A stretch of DNA of 64,000 nucleotides from Ylistrum balloti (taxonomy: Eukaryota). The notes under the pieces were generated by a model. That model saw nothing but the letters and a program-made list of their open reading frames with translations. It was not told the origin of the DNA and ran no database searches. The DNA is taken from the NCBI RefSeq assembly GCF_031769215.1, contig NW_026782880.1, forward strand, positions 1 to 64,000. Reading direction: 5' to 3'. Positions 47,993 through 60,616 of the stretch are shown piece after piece; within the stretch, counting starts at the first letter, position 1; every line of letters starts with the position of its first letter. Both the position numbers and the translations under genes were made by a program.

Positions 47993-49843
47993 CTTCGGAT
48001 TCGTCTGGATGTGATTGTTCGAGAACTGCGCTAGTCAGTGCTAGGTAAGCTGTATGCCCCGCCCGTCCTCGCTCAGCCGTTTAAGCGCTTTTTGCTGCAC
48101 CTCGCCGAGGACACCTAACGGCGCGTTAGCCTGTCTGTGTGGAAAACAAGTAATTTGTGTTTCCTTGGTGTGAATAAACGTTGTTTATAGCTCTAAATTA
48201 TTGGAGAAAATTAGTGATATATACACCTATTTGCTAACGGATAGATAGGCAAACGAATGGTGTTTTCAAAATTTAAATCGGTTTCGTAATGAGTGAGCTA
48301 CATGACATTTTCCTATAATTTTGTCAGTGCGGTTTCACTATTAGTTGAATAGAATTGTTCTAAATTCGTAATATATGCGTTATTTTCATAAACACACTAT
48401 TTACTTAGTTTCTTAATATATACATGTTCATTGTATATATGGTAATAAATGGTATTTGTGAATAATTTAGATTTAGAATGGGTAAATATCATAGACATGG
48501 AAGCACATTTATCGAATTCCTGCTATACTTAATCTCAATCCATAGTCTCCACCATTTTCGATTCGATTATCGCATTTAATTGCTAACAAATATCACATTC
48601 TAAGTATGGAATATGTTTTTTGGGGGTTTTTTTCCCTCCCAATTCATACGTCATCGTATCCACATGTGTGTTGTGCTGTATTGTATGTGTGATCATATAT
48701 ATACGTGTACACATGTGTACTTGACTCGACTCTACGCAAACATGTATTAATTCTGTGTTGTCTAGATATCGAACTCGAAAATAAAGAAATGGTGTGTATG
48801 TATGGGGGTGTGTTTGTGGGTGTGGGTGTGCGCGCGCTAGTAACAGTCACAGGTGAGAGGGGAAAAAAGGAAAAAAAAAACACATGCACACACTCACACA
48901 CAAAACAAAACAAAACCACACAAATAGGAGAATCGGATTTCATATTTTTAAAAAATAAAACTGCCGTGGTTGGAGCCCCCGGACTCAGCCTTTCGCAATA
49001 AATGTGTTTGGCTCACACATCCATTTTATACATTCTGGGTTAAATTTATACTTTAGAAATTTGAGTCAGAACAACTTTATATTCAGGATAATTCTCTATC
49101 GTATAGACGACGACGATACTTACCTTTGATCGTGCACTATACACATACGTACACAGGTATACACGACAACGTACCCACGTGCACGGACAGTGAAAACGAC
49201 TCCTGCAACTGGGTAAACTGAAATATGTGGAAATTGGAATAATACCACCTGTTTCAACTATTTTGAAAAAAAAATGTATAGCGGAAATTGTCTCGATTTC
49301 AGAGTATGATTTTGAAGTGTTTTCACTAGTTTCCACATAAACATTACTATTATTTCATATATGAAATGATTGTTGGTTGAAAGTGGCAATTTTTAGCGTT
49401 AGTCGGTACACTACATTTGTGTATTTGAATTCAGATTGTACATGCGTAGTATTAAGAAATAAACCGATACCGTGTCAGCTTATAGGTGTATTAACTGTTG
49501 GTTTAACGTGTATATTATTGAAATTCATTCACCTAATCATAAATGGGCGGGGCCGGGCGTGAGTGTGTACTTGTCGGGTGGGAGACGGGGGACGGGGCGG
49601 CGACTTAGAAGTTGTAGCAGGTATCAATTGTTTATAACAAAAAAGTGTGTGATGTGAAGTAGTCCTGTGGGGTTGGGTGGGAAGGTGGATTTTCCTTTAC
49701 TTTCGGGTAGGTGGGTGTATTTGGAGGGTGGGGGTGGGGAAGGGTGTTGTTGGTTTGTTCGTTGGTCAATTATAAGAAGTTAGGATTAGTGCGTTTTGCG
49801 TATTTTTCGAGGCGTAATTGGATGATTTTCGTGACATGTGGGT

Positions 49844-49859
49844 AGTCCTAAAAAGGACT
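49844..49859 (-). terminator. Replication-dependent histone 3' stem-loop (also at 47383, 52305, 54766, 57225, 59685, 62358)
   Basis: Sense AAAC-AGTCCT-TTTT-AGGACT-ACCCA: 6-bp stem, 4-nt loop and the canonical ACCCA, 36 nt after the stop codon. Confidence 0.92.
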
Positions 49860-49895
49860 GTTTACGTGTCGTTCGGACGGTGTAAGATATACATC

Positions 49896-50453
49896 TTATT
49901 TTTTTGCAGCCTTGGCTTTCTTAGGCTTGTCTGTCTTAGCTTTCTTCGGAGACTTGATAGCCTTTTTCTTAGGGGTCTTGGGCTTGGTAGTTTTCTTGGA
50001 TGGTTTCTTCTCCGTGGTTTTCTTGGTAGCTGCTTTCTTGGGTGTCTTTGCCTTTGGTTTCTTAGCCGTCGCCGACGTAGTCGCTTTCTTCGCCGCCGGT
50101 TTCTTAGGTTTTGCTGCTTTCGGCTTAACCACTTTCTTAGCGGCTGGTTTTTTGGCGGGTTTAGGTTTCTCTCCGAGCTTGAATGATCCAGCAGCTCCGG
50201 TTCCTTTCGACTGTTTCAGGGCTCCTTTCTTCACGCCGTTCCGGAGGGCGATCTTCAGGTGTGCGTTGATAGCCTTAGCGTCGGATCCCACTTTGAAGTT
50301 AGCCATGATGTATTTCAGTATTGCCTGACGGGACGAGCCTCCACGTTCCTTCAGACTTCCCACTGCAGTGGCCACCATGTCGCTGTACTTTGGATGAGCT
50401 GCCGGGGTCTTTGGCTTCTTCACTGCTTTCTTCACTGGAGTCTTCTCTGCCAT
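49896..50453 (-). CDS. H1: Linker histone H1, 185 aa, intronless
   Basis: [26 protein letters not shown]...[27 protein letters not shown] winged-helix domain; Lys/Ala/Pro-rich tail; 3' stem-loop. Confidence 0.98.
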   Translation of the reverse strand: MAEKTPVKKAVKKPKTPAAHPKYSDMVATAVGSLKERGGSSRQAILKYIMANFKVGSDAKAINAHLKIALRNGVKKGALKQSKGTGAAGSFKLGEKPKPAKKPAAKKVVKPKAAKPKKPAAKKATTSATAKKPKAKTPKKAATKKTTEKKPSKKTTKPKTPKKKAIKSPKKAKTDKPKKAKAAKK

Positions 50454-50479
50454 CTTCGGATTCGTCTGGATGTGATTGT

Positions 50480-50623
50480 TCGAGAACTGCGCTAGTCAGT
50501 GCTAGGTAAGCTGTATGCCCCGCCCGTCCTCGCTCAGCCGTTTAAGCGCTTTTTGCTGCACCTCGCCGAGGACACCTAACGGCGCGTTAGCCTGTCTGTG
50601 TGGAAAACAAGTAATTTGTGTTT
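50480..50623 (-). promoter_or_regulatory. H1 promoter (present in each unit): H1/AC box, GC box, weak TATA-like element and Inr-like element
   Basis: AAACACA at 50617-50623 (164-170 bp upstream of the ATG); GGGCGGGG at 50518-50525; CATACA ~29 nt upstream of a GCAGTT Inr-like motif. The TATA and Inr assignments are inference. Confidence 0.7.
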
Positions 50624-52356
50624 CCTTGGTGTGAATAAACGTTGTTTATAGCTCTAAATTATTGGAGAAAATTAGTGATATATACACCTATTTGCTAACG
50701 GATAGATAGGCAAACGAATGGTGTTTTCAAAATTTAAATCGGTTTCGTAATGAGTGAGCTACATGACATTTTCCTATAATTTTGTCAGTGCGGTTTCACT
50801 ATTAGTTGAATAGAATTGTTCTAAATTCGTAATATATGCGTTATTTTCATAAACACACTATTTACTTAGTTTCTTAATATATACATGTTCATTGTATATA
50901 TGGTAATAAATGGTATTTGTGAATAATTTAGATTTAGAATGGGTAAATATCATAGACATGGAAGCACATTTATCGAATTCCTGCTATACTTAATCTCAAT
51001 CCATAGTCTCCACCATTTTCGATTCGATTATCGCATTTAATTGCTAACAAATATCACATTCTAAGTATGGAATATGTTTTTTGGGGGTTTTTTTCCCTCC
51101 CAATTCATACGTCATCGTATCCACATGTGTGTTGTGCTGTATTGTATGTGTGATCATATATATACGTGTACACATGTGTACTTGACTCGACTCTACGCAA
51201 ACATGTATTAATTCTGTGTTGTCTAGATATCGAACTCGAAAATAAAGAAATGGTGTGTATGTATGGGGGTGTGTTTGTGGGTGTGGGTGTGCGCGCGCTA
51301 GTAACAGTCACAGGTGAGAGGGGAAAAAAGGAAAAAAAAAACACATGCACACACTCACACACAAAACAAAACAAAACCACACAAATAGGAGAATCGGATT
51401 TCATATTTTTAAAAAATAAAACTGCCGTGGTTGGAGCCCCCGGACTCAGCCTTTCGCAATAAATGTGTTTGGCTCACACATCCATTTTATACATTCTGGG
51501 TTAAATTTATACTTTAGAAATTTGAGTCAGAACAACTTTATATTCAGGATAATTCTCTATCGTATAGACGACGACGATACTTACCTTTGATCGTGCACTA
51601 TACACATACGTACACAGGTATACACGACAACGTACCCACGTGCACGGACAGTGAAAACGACTCCTGCAACTGGGTAAACTGAAATATGTGGAAATTGGAA
51701 TAATACCACCTGTTTCAACTATTTTGAAAAAAAAATGTATAGCGGAAATTGTCTCGATTTCAGAGTATGATTTTGAAGTGTTTTCACTAGTTTCCACATA
51801 AACATTACTATTATTTCATATATGAAATGATTGTTGGTTGAAAGTGGCAATTTTTAGCGTTAGTCGGTACACTACATTTGTGTATTTGAATTCAGATTGT
51901 ACATGCGTAGTATTAAGAAATAAACCGATACCGTGTCAGCTTATAGGTGTATTAACTGTTGGTTTAACGTGTATATTATTGAAATTCATTCACCTAATCA
52001 TAAATGGGCGGGGCCGGGCGTGAGTGTGTACTTGTCGGGTGGGAGACGGGGGACGGGGCGGCGACTTAGAAGTTGTAGCAGGTATCAATTGTTTATAACA
52101 AAAAAGTGTGTGATGTGAAGTAGTCCTGTGGGGTTGGGTGGGAAGGTGGATTTTCCTTTACTTTCGGGTAGGTGGGTGTATTTGGAGGGTGGGGGTGGGG
52201 AAGGGTGTTGTTGGTTTGTTCGTTGGTCAATTATAAGAAGTTAGGATTAGTGCGTTTTGCGTATTTTTCGAGGCGTAATTGGATGATTTTCGTGACATGT
52301 GGGTAGTCCTAAAAAGGACTGTTTACGTGTCGTTCGGACGGTGTAAGATATACATC

Positions 52357-52914
52357 TTATTTTTTTGCAGCCTTGGCTTTCTTAGGCTTGTCTGTCTTAG
52401 CTTTCTTCGGAGACTTGATAGCCTTTTTCTTAGGGGTCTTGGGCTTGGTAGTTTTCTTGGATGGTTTCTTCTCCGTGGTTTTCTTGGTAGCTGCTTTCTT
52501 GGGTGTCTTTGCCTTTGGTTTCTTAGCCGTCGCCGACGTAGTCGCTTTCTTCGCCGCCGGTTTCTTAGGTTTTGCTGCTTTCGGCTTAACCACTTTCTTA
52601 GCGGCTGGTTTTTTGGCGGGTTTAGGTTTCTCTCCGAGCTTGAATGATCCAGCAGCTCCGGTTCCTTTCGACTGTTTCAGGGCTCCTTTCTTCACGCCGT
52701 TCCGGAGGGCGATCTTCAGGTGTGCGTTGATAGCCTTAGCGTCGGATCCCACTTTGAAGTTAGCCATGATGTATTTCAGTATTGCCTGACGGGACGAGCC
52801 TCCACGTTCCTTCAGACTTCCCACTGCAGTGGCCACCATGTCGCTGTACTTTGGATGAGCTGCCGGGGTCTTTGGCTTCTTCACTGCTTTCTTCACTGGA
52901 GTCTTCTCTGCCAT
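52357..52914 (-). CDS. H1: Linker histone H1
   Basis: Protein identical to 49896-50453. Confidence 0.98.
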   Translation of the reverse strand: MAEKTPVKKAVKKPKTPAAHPKYSDMVATAVGSLKERGGSSRQAILKYIMANFKVGSDAKAINAHLKIALRNGVKKGALKQSKGTGAAGSFKLGEKPKPAKKPAAKKVVKPKAAKPKKPAAKKATTSATAKKPKAKTPKKAATKKTTEKKPSKKTTKPKTPKKKAIKSPKKAKTDKPKKAKAAKK

Positions 52915-54817
52915 CTTCGGATTCGTCTGGATGTGATTGTTCGAGAACTGCGCTAGTCAGTGCTAGGTAAGCTGTATGCCCCGCCCGTCCTCGCTCAGCC
53001 GTTTAAGCGCTTTTTGCTGCACCTCGCCGAGGACACCTAACGGCGCGTTAGCCTGTCTGTGTGGAAAACAAGTAATTTGTGTTTCCTTGGTGTGAATAAA
53101 CGTTGTTTATAGCTCTAAATTATTGGAGAAAATTAGTGATATATACACCTATTTGCTAACGGATAGATAGGCAAACGAATGGTGTTTTCAAAATTTAAAT
53201 CGGTTTCGTAATGAGTGAGCTACATGACATTTTCCTATAATTTTGTCAGTGCGGTTTCACTATTAGTTGAATAGAATTGTTCTAAATTCGTAATATATGC
53301 GTTATTTTCATAAACACACTATTTACTTAGTTTCTTAATATATACATGTTCATTGTATATATGGTAATAAATGGTATTTGTGAATAATTTAGATTTAGAA
53401 TGGGTAAATATCATAGACATGGAAGCACATTTATCGAATTCCTGCTATACTTAATCTCAATCCATAGTCTCCACCATTTTCGATTCGATTATCGCATTTA
53501 ATTGCTAACAAATATCACATTCTAAGTATGGAATATGTTTTTTGGGGGTTTTTTTCCCTCCCAATTCATACGTCATCGTATCCACATGTGTGTTGTGCTG
53601 TATTGTATGTGTGATCATATATATACGTGTACACATGTGTACTTGACTCGACTCTACGCAAACATGTATTAATTCTGTGTTGTCTAGATATCGAACTCGA
53701 AAATAAAGAAATGGTGTGTATGTATGGGGGTGTGTTTGTGGGTGTGGGTGTGCGCGCGCTAGTAACAGTCACAGGTGAGAGGGGAAAAAAGGAAAAAAAA
53801 AACACATGCACACACTCACACACAAAACAAAACAAAACCACACAAATAGGAGAATCGGATTTCATATTTTTAAAAAATAAAACTGCCGTGGTTGGAGCCC
53901 CCGGACTCAGCCTTTCGCAATAAATGTGTTTGGCTCACACATCCATTTTATACATTCTGGGTTAAATTTATACTTTAGAAATTTGAGTCAGAACAACTTT
54001 ATATTCAGGATAATTCTCTATCGTATAGACGACGACGATACTTACCTTTGATCGTGCACTATACACATACGTACACAGGTATACACGACAACGTACCCAC
54101 GTGCACGGACAGTGAAAACGACTCCTGCAACTGGGTAAACTGAAATATGTGGAAATTGGAATAATACCACCTGTTTCAACTATTTTGAAAAAAAAATGTA
54201 TAGCGGAAATTGTCTCGATTTCAGAGTATGATTTTGAAGTGTTTTCACTAGTTTCCACATAAACATTACTATTATTTCATATATGAAATGATTGTTGGTT
54301 GAAAGTGGCAATTTTTAGCGTTAGTCGGTACACTACATTTGTGTATTTGAATTCAGATTGTACATGCGTAGTATTAAGAAATAAACCGATACCGTGTCAG
54401 CTTATAGGTGTATTAACTGTTGGTTTAACGTGTATATTATTGAAATTCATTCACCTAATCATAAATGGGCGGGGCCGGGCGTGAGTGTGTACTTGTCGGG
54501 TGGGAGACGGGGGACGGGGCGGCGACTTAGAAGTTGTAGCAGGTATCAATTGTTTATAACAAAAAAGTGTGTGATGTGAAGTAGTCCTGTGGGGTTGGGT
54601 GGGAAGGTGGATTTTCCTTTACTTTCGGGTAGGTGGGTGTATTTGGAGGGTGGGGGTGGGGAAGGGTGTTGTTGGTTTGTTCGTTGGTCAATTATAAGAA
54701 GTTAGGATTAGTGCGATTTGCGTATTTTTCGAGGCGTAATTGGATGATTTTCGTGACATGTGGGTAGTCCTAAAAAGGACTGTTTACGTGTCGTTCGGAC
54801 GGTGTAAGATATACATC

Positions 54818-55375
54818 TTATTTTTTTGCAGCCTTGGCTTTCTTAGGCTTGTCTGTCTTAGCTTTCTTCGGAGACTTGATAGCCTTTTTCTTAGGGGTCT
54901 TGGGCTTGGTAGTTTTCTTGGATGGTTTCTTCTCCGTGGTTTTCTTGGTAGCTGCTTTCTTGGGTGTCTTTGCCTTTGGTTTCTTAGCCGTCGCCGACGT
55001 AGTCGCTTTCTTCGCCGCCGGTTTCTTAGGTTTTGCTGCTTTCGGCTTAACCACTTTCTTAGCGGCTGGTTTTTTGGCGGGTTTAGGTTTCTCTCCGAGC
55101 TTGAATGATCCAGCAGCTCCGGTTCCTTTCGACTGTTTCAGGGCTCCTTTCTTCACGCCGTTCCGGAGGGCGATCTTCAGGTGTGCGTTGATAGCCTTAG
55201 CGTCGGATCCCACTTTGAAGTTAGCCATGATGTATTTCAGTATTGCCTGACGGGACGAGCCTCCACGTTCCTTCAGACTTCCCACTGCAGTGGCCACCAT
55301 GTCGCTGTACTTTGGATGAGCTGCCGGGGTCTTTGGCTTCTTCACTGCTTTCTTCACTGGAGTCTTCTCTGCCAT
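54818..55375 (-). CDS. H1: Linker histone H1
   Basis: Identical protein. Confidence 0.98.
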   Translation of the reverse strand: MAEKTPVKKAVKKPKTPAAHPKYSDMVATAVGSLKERGGSSRQAILKYIMANFKVGSDAKAINAHLKIALRNGVKKGALKQSKGTGAAGSFKLGEKPKPAKKPAAKKVVKPKAAKPKKPAAKKATTSATAKKPKAKTPKKAATKKTTEKKPSKKTTKPKTPKKKAIKSPKKAKTDKPKKAKAAKK

Positions 55376-57276
55376 CTTCGGATTCGTCTGGATGTGATTG
55401 TTCGAGAACTGCGCTAGTCAGTGCTAGGTAAGCTGTATGCCCCGCCCGTCCTCGCTCAGCCGTTTAAGCGCTTTTTGCTGCACCTCGCCGAGGACACCTA
55501 ACGGCGCGTTAGCCTGTCTGTGTGGAAAACAAGTAATTTGTGTTTCCTTGGTGTGAATAAACGTTGTTTATAGCTCTAAATTATTGGAGAAAATTAGTGA
55601 TATATACACCTATTTGCTAACGGATAGATAGGCAAACGAATGGTGTTTTCAAAATTTAAATCGGTTTCGTAATGAGTGAGCTACATGACATTTTCCTATA
55701 ATTTTGTCAGTGCGGTTTCACTATTAGTTGAATAGAATTGTTCTAAATTCGTAATATATGCGTTATTTTCATAAACACACTATTTACTTAGTTTCTTAAT
55801 ATATACATGTTCATTGTATATATGGTAATAAATGGTATTTGTGAATAATTTAGATTTAGAATGGGTAAATATCATAGACATGGAAGCACATTTATCGAAT
55901 TCCTGCTATACTTAATCTCAATCCATAGTCTCCACCATTTTCGATTCGATTATCGCATTTAATTGCTAACAAATATCACATTCTAAGTATGGAATATGTT
56001 TTTTGGGGGTTTTTTTCCCTCCCAATTCATACGTCATCGTATCCACATGTGTGTTGTGCTGTATTGTATGTGTGATCATATATATACGTGTACACATGTG
56101 TACTTGACTCGACTCTACGCAAACATGTATTAATTCTGTGTTGTCTAGATATCGAACTCGAAAATAAAGAAATGGTGTGTATGTATGGGGGTGTGTTTGT
56201 GGGTGTGGGTGTGCGCGCGCTAGTAACAGTCACAGGTGAGAGGGGAAAAAAGGAAAAAAAAAACACATGCACACACTCACACACAAAACAAAACAAAACC
56301 ACACAAATAGGAGAATCGGATTTCATATTTTTAAAAAATAAAACTGCCGTGGTTGGAGCCCCCGGACTCAGCCTTTCGCAATAAATGTGTTTGGCTCACA
56401 CATCCATTTTATACATTCTGGGTTAAATTTATACTTTAGAAATTTGAGTCAGAACAACTTTATATTCAGGATAATTCTCTATCGTATAGACGACGACGAT
56501 ACTTACCTTTGATCGTGCACTATACACATACGTACACAGGTATACACGACAACGTACCCACGTGCACGGACAGTGAAAACGACTCCTGCAACTGGGTAAA
56601 CTGAAATATGTGGATTGGAATAATACCACCTGTTTCAACTATTTTGAAAAAAAAATGTATAGCGGAAATTGTCTCGATTTCAGAGTATGATTTTGAAGTG
56701 TTTTCACTAGTTTCCACATAAACATTACTATTATTTCATATATGAAATGATTGTTGGTTGAAAGTGGCAATTTTTAGCGTTAGTCGGTACACTACATTTG
56801 TGTATTTGAATTCAGATTGTACATGCGTAGTATTAAGAAATAAACCGATACCGTGTCAGCTTATAGGTGTATTAACTGTTGGTTTAACGTGTATATTATT
56901 GAAATTCATTCACCTAATCATAAATGGGCGGGGCCGGGCGTGAGTGTGTACTTGTCGGGTGGGAGACGGGGGACGGGGCGGCGACTTAGAAGTTGTAGCA
57001 GGTATCAATTGTTTATAACAAAAAAGTGTGTGATGTGAAGTAGTCCTGTGGGGTTGGGTGGGAAGGTGGATTTTCCTTTACTTTCGGGTAGGTGGGTGTA
57101 TTTGGAGGGTGGGGGTGGGGAAGGGTGTTGTTGGTTTGTTCGTTGGTCAATTATAAGAAGTTACGATTAGTGCTTTTTGCGTATTTTTCGAGGCGTAATT
57201 GGATGATTTTCGTGACATGTGGGTAGTCCTAAAAAGGACTGTTTACGTGTCGTTCGGACGGTGTAAGATATACATC

Positions 57277-57834
57277 TTATTTTTTTGCAGCCTTGGCTTT
57301 CTTAGGCTTGTCTGTCTTAGCTTTCTTCGGAGACTTGATAGCCTTTTTCTTAGGGGTCTTGGGCTTGGTAGTTTTCTTGGATGGTTTCTTCTCCGTGGTT
57401 TTCTTGGTAGCTGCTTTCTTGGGTGTCTTTGCCTTTGGTTTCTTAGCCGTCGCCGACGTAGTCGCTTTCTTCGCCGCCGGTTTCTTAGGTTTTGCTGCTT
57501 TCGGCTTAACCACTTTCTTAGCGGCTGGTTTTTTGGCGGGTTTAGGTTTCTCTCCGAGCTTGAATGATCCAGCAGCTCCGGTTCCTTTCGACTGTTTCAG
57601 GGCTCCTTTCTTCACGCCGTTCCGGAGGGCGATCTTCAGGTGTGCGTTGATAGCCTTAGCGTCGGATCCCACTTTGAAGTTAGCCATGATGTATTTCAGT
57701 ATTGCCTGACGGGACGAGCCTCCACGTTCCTTCAGACTTCCCACTGCAGTGGCCACCATGTCGCTGTACTTTGGATGAGCTGCCGGGGTCTTTGGCTTCT
57801 TCACTGCTTTCTTCACTGGAGTCTTCTCTGCCAT
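57277..57834 (-). CDS. H1: Linker histone H1
   Basis: Identical protein. Confidence 0.98.
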   Translation of the reverse strand: MAEKTPVKKAVKKPKTPAAHPKYSDMVATAVGSLKERGGSSRQAILKYIMANFKVGSDAKAINAHLKIALRNGVKKGALKQSKGTGAAGSFKLGEKPKPAKKPAAKKVVKPKAAKPKKPAAKKATTSATAKKPKAKTPKKAATKKTTEKKPSKKTTKPKTPKKKAIKSPKKAKTDKPKKAKAAKK

Positions 57835-59736
57835 CTTCGGATTCGTCTGGATGTGATTGTTCGAGAACTGCGCTAGTCAGTGCTAGGTAAGCTGTATGCC
57901 CCGCCCGTCCTCGCTCAGCCGTTTAAGCGCTTTTTGCTGCACCTCGCCGAGGACACCTAACGGCGCGTTAGCCTGTCTGTGTGGAAAACAAGTAATTTGT
58001 GTTTCCTTGGTGTGAATAAACGTTGTTTATAGCTCTAAATTATTGGAGAAAATTAGTGATATATACACCTATTTGCTAACGGATAGATAGGCAAACGAAT
58101 GGTGTTTTCAAAATTTAAATCGGTTTCGTAATGAGTGAGCTACATGACATTTTCCTATAATTTTGTCAGTGCGGTTTCACTATTAGTTGAATAGAATTGT
58201 TCTAAATTCGTAATATATGCGTTATTTTCATAAACACACTATTTACTTAGTTTCTTAATATATACATGTTCATTGTATATATGGTAATAAATGGTATTTG
58301 TGAATAATTTAGATTTAGAATGGGTAAATATCATAGACATGGAAGCACATTTATCGAATTCCTGCTATACTTAATCTCAATCCATAGTCTCCACCATTTT
58401 CGATTCGATTATCGCATTTAATTGCTAACAAATATCACATTCTAAGTATGGAATATGTTTTTTGGGGGTTTTTTTCCCTCCCAATTCATACGTCATCGTA
58501 TCCACATGTGTGTTGTGCTGTATTGTATGTGTGATCATATATATACGTGTACACATGTGTACTTGACTCGACTCTACGCAAACATGTATTAATTCTGTGT
58601 TGTCTAGATATCGAACTCGAAAATAAAGAAATGGTGTGTATGTATGGGGGTGTGTTTGTGGGTGTGGGTGTGCGCGCGCTAGTAACAGTCACAGGTGAGA
58701 GGGGAAAAAAGGAAAAAAAAAACACATGCACACACTCACACACAAAACAAAACAAAACCACACAAATAGGAGAATCGGATTTCATATTTTTAAAAAATAA
58801 AACTGCCGTGGTTGGAGCCCCCGGACTCAGCCTTTCGCAATAAATGTGTTTGGCTCACACATCCATTTTATACATTCTGGGTTAAATTTATACTTTAGAA
58901 ATTTGAGTCAGAACAACTTTATATTCAGGATAATTCTCTATCGTATAGACGACGACGATACTTACCTTTGATCGTGCACTATACACATACGTACACAGGT
59001 ATACACGACAACGTACCCACGTGCACGGACAGTGAAAACGACTCCTGCAACTGGGTAAACTGAAATATGTGGAAATTGGAATAATACCACCTGTTTCAAC
59101 TATTTTGAAAAAAAATGTATAGCGGAAATTGTCTCGATTTCAGAGTATGATTTTGAAGTGTTTTCACTAGTTTCCACATAAACATTACTATTATTTCATA
59201 TATGAAATGATTGTTGGTTGAAAGTGGCAATTTTTAGCGTTAGTCGGTACACTACATTTGTGTATTTGAATTCAGATTGTACATGCGTAGTATTAAGAAA
59301 TAAACCGATACCGTGTCAGCTTATAGGTGTATTAACTGTTGGTTTAACGTGTATATTATTGAAATTCATTCACCTAATCATAAATGGGCGGGGCCGGGCG
59401 TGAGTGTGTACTTGTCGGGTGGGAGACGGGGGACGGGGCGGCGACTTAGAAGTTGTAGCAGGTATCAATTGTTTATAACAAAAAAGTGTGTGATGTGAAG
59501 TAGTCCTGTGGGGTTGGGTGGGAAGGTGGATTTTCCTTTACTTTCGGGTAGGTGGGTGTATTTGGAGGGTGGGGGTGGGGAAGGGTGTTGTTGGTTTGTT
59601 CGTTGGTCAATTATAAGAAGTTAGGATTAGTGCGTTTTGCGTATTTTTCGAGGCGTAATTGGATGATTTTCGTGACATGTGGGTAGTCCTAAAAAGGACT
59701 GTTTACGTGTCGTTCGGACGGTGTAAGATATACATC

Positions 59737-60294
59737 TTATTTTTTTGCAGCCTTGGCTTTCTTAGGCTTGTCTGTCTTAGCTTTCTTCGGAGACTTGATA
59801 GCCTTTTTCTTAGGGGTCTTGGGCTTGGTAGTTTTCTTGGATGGTTTCTTCTCCGTGGTTTTCTTGGTAGCTGCTTTCTTGGGTGTCTTTGCCTTTGGTT
59901 TCTTAGCCGTCGCCGACGTAGTCGCTTTCTTCGCCGCCGGTTTCTTAGGTTTTGCTGCTTTCGGCTTAACCACTTTCTTAGCGGCTGGTTTTTTGGCGGG
60001 TTTAGGTTTCTCTCCGAGCTTGAATGATCCAGCAGCTCCGGTTCCTTTCGACTGTTTCAGGGCTCCTTTCTTCACGCCGTTCCGGAGGGCGATCTTCAGG
60101 TGTGCGTTGATAGCCTTAGCGTCGGATCCCACTTTGAAGTTAGCCATGATGTATTTCAGTATTGCCTGACGGGACGAGCCTCCACGTTCCTTCAGACTTC
60201 CCACTGCAGTGGCCACCATGTCGCTGTACTTTGGATGAGCTGCCGGGGTCTTTGGCTTCTTCACTGCTTTCTTCACTGGAGTCTTCTCTGCCAT
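59737..60294 (-). CDS. H1: Linker histone H1 (promoter rearranged)
   Basis: Identical protein; the promoter carries a 39-bp LINE fragment and a 175-bp duplication. Confidence 0.97.
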   Translation of the reverse strand: MAEKTPVKKAVKKPKTPAAHPKYSDMVATAVGSLKERGGSSRQAILKYIMANFKVGSDAKAINAHLKIALRNGVKKGALKQSKGTGAAGSFKLGEKPKPAKKPAAKKVVKPKAAKPKKPAAKKATTSATAKKPKAKTPKKAATKKTTEKKPSKKTTKPKTPKKKAIKSPKKAKTDKPKKAKAAKK

Positions 60295-60365
60295 CTTCGG
60301 ATTCGTCTGGATGTGATTGTTCGAGAACTGCGCTAGTCAGTGCTAGGTAAGCTGTATGCCCCCCC

Positions 60366-60404
60366 GCTTAACGTCCGTTCCGGTTATAACCGAGCCTAGG
60401 ACAC
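60366..60404 (-). mobile_element. 39-bp, extremely 5'-truncated LINE insertion in the H1 promoter
   Basis: gcttaacgtcc-gttccggttataaccgagcctaggacac equals the LINE 3' terminus (38212-38252) minus 2 bp. It replaces target gcccgtcctcgc, with three extra C and no poly(A). Confidence 0.93.
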
Positions 60405-60441
60405 TCAGCCGTTTAAGCGCTTTTTGCTGCACCTTCCTGCT

Positions 60442-60616
60442 TTTGGATGAGCTGCCGGGGTCTTTGGCTTCTTCACTGCTTTCTTCACTGGAGTCTTCTC
60501 TGCCATCTTCGGATTCGTCTGGATGTGATTGTTCGAGAACTGCGCTAGTCAGTGCTAGGTAAGCTGTATGCCCCGCCCGTCCTCGCTCAGCCGTTTAAGC
60601 GCTTTTTGCTGCACCT
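60442..60616 (-). repeat. 175-bp duplication of the H1 proximal promoter, 5' UTR and first ~22 codons
   Basis: Duplicates 60230-60434 without the LINE fragment and is joined by a 7-bp filler tcctgct. It accounts for the unit length of 2673 (2461 + 212). Confidence 0.92.
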
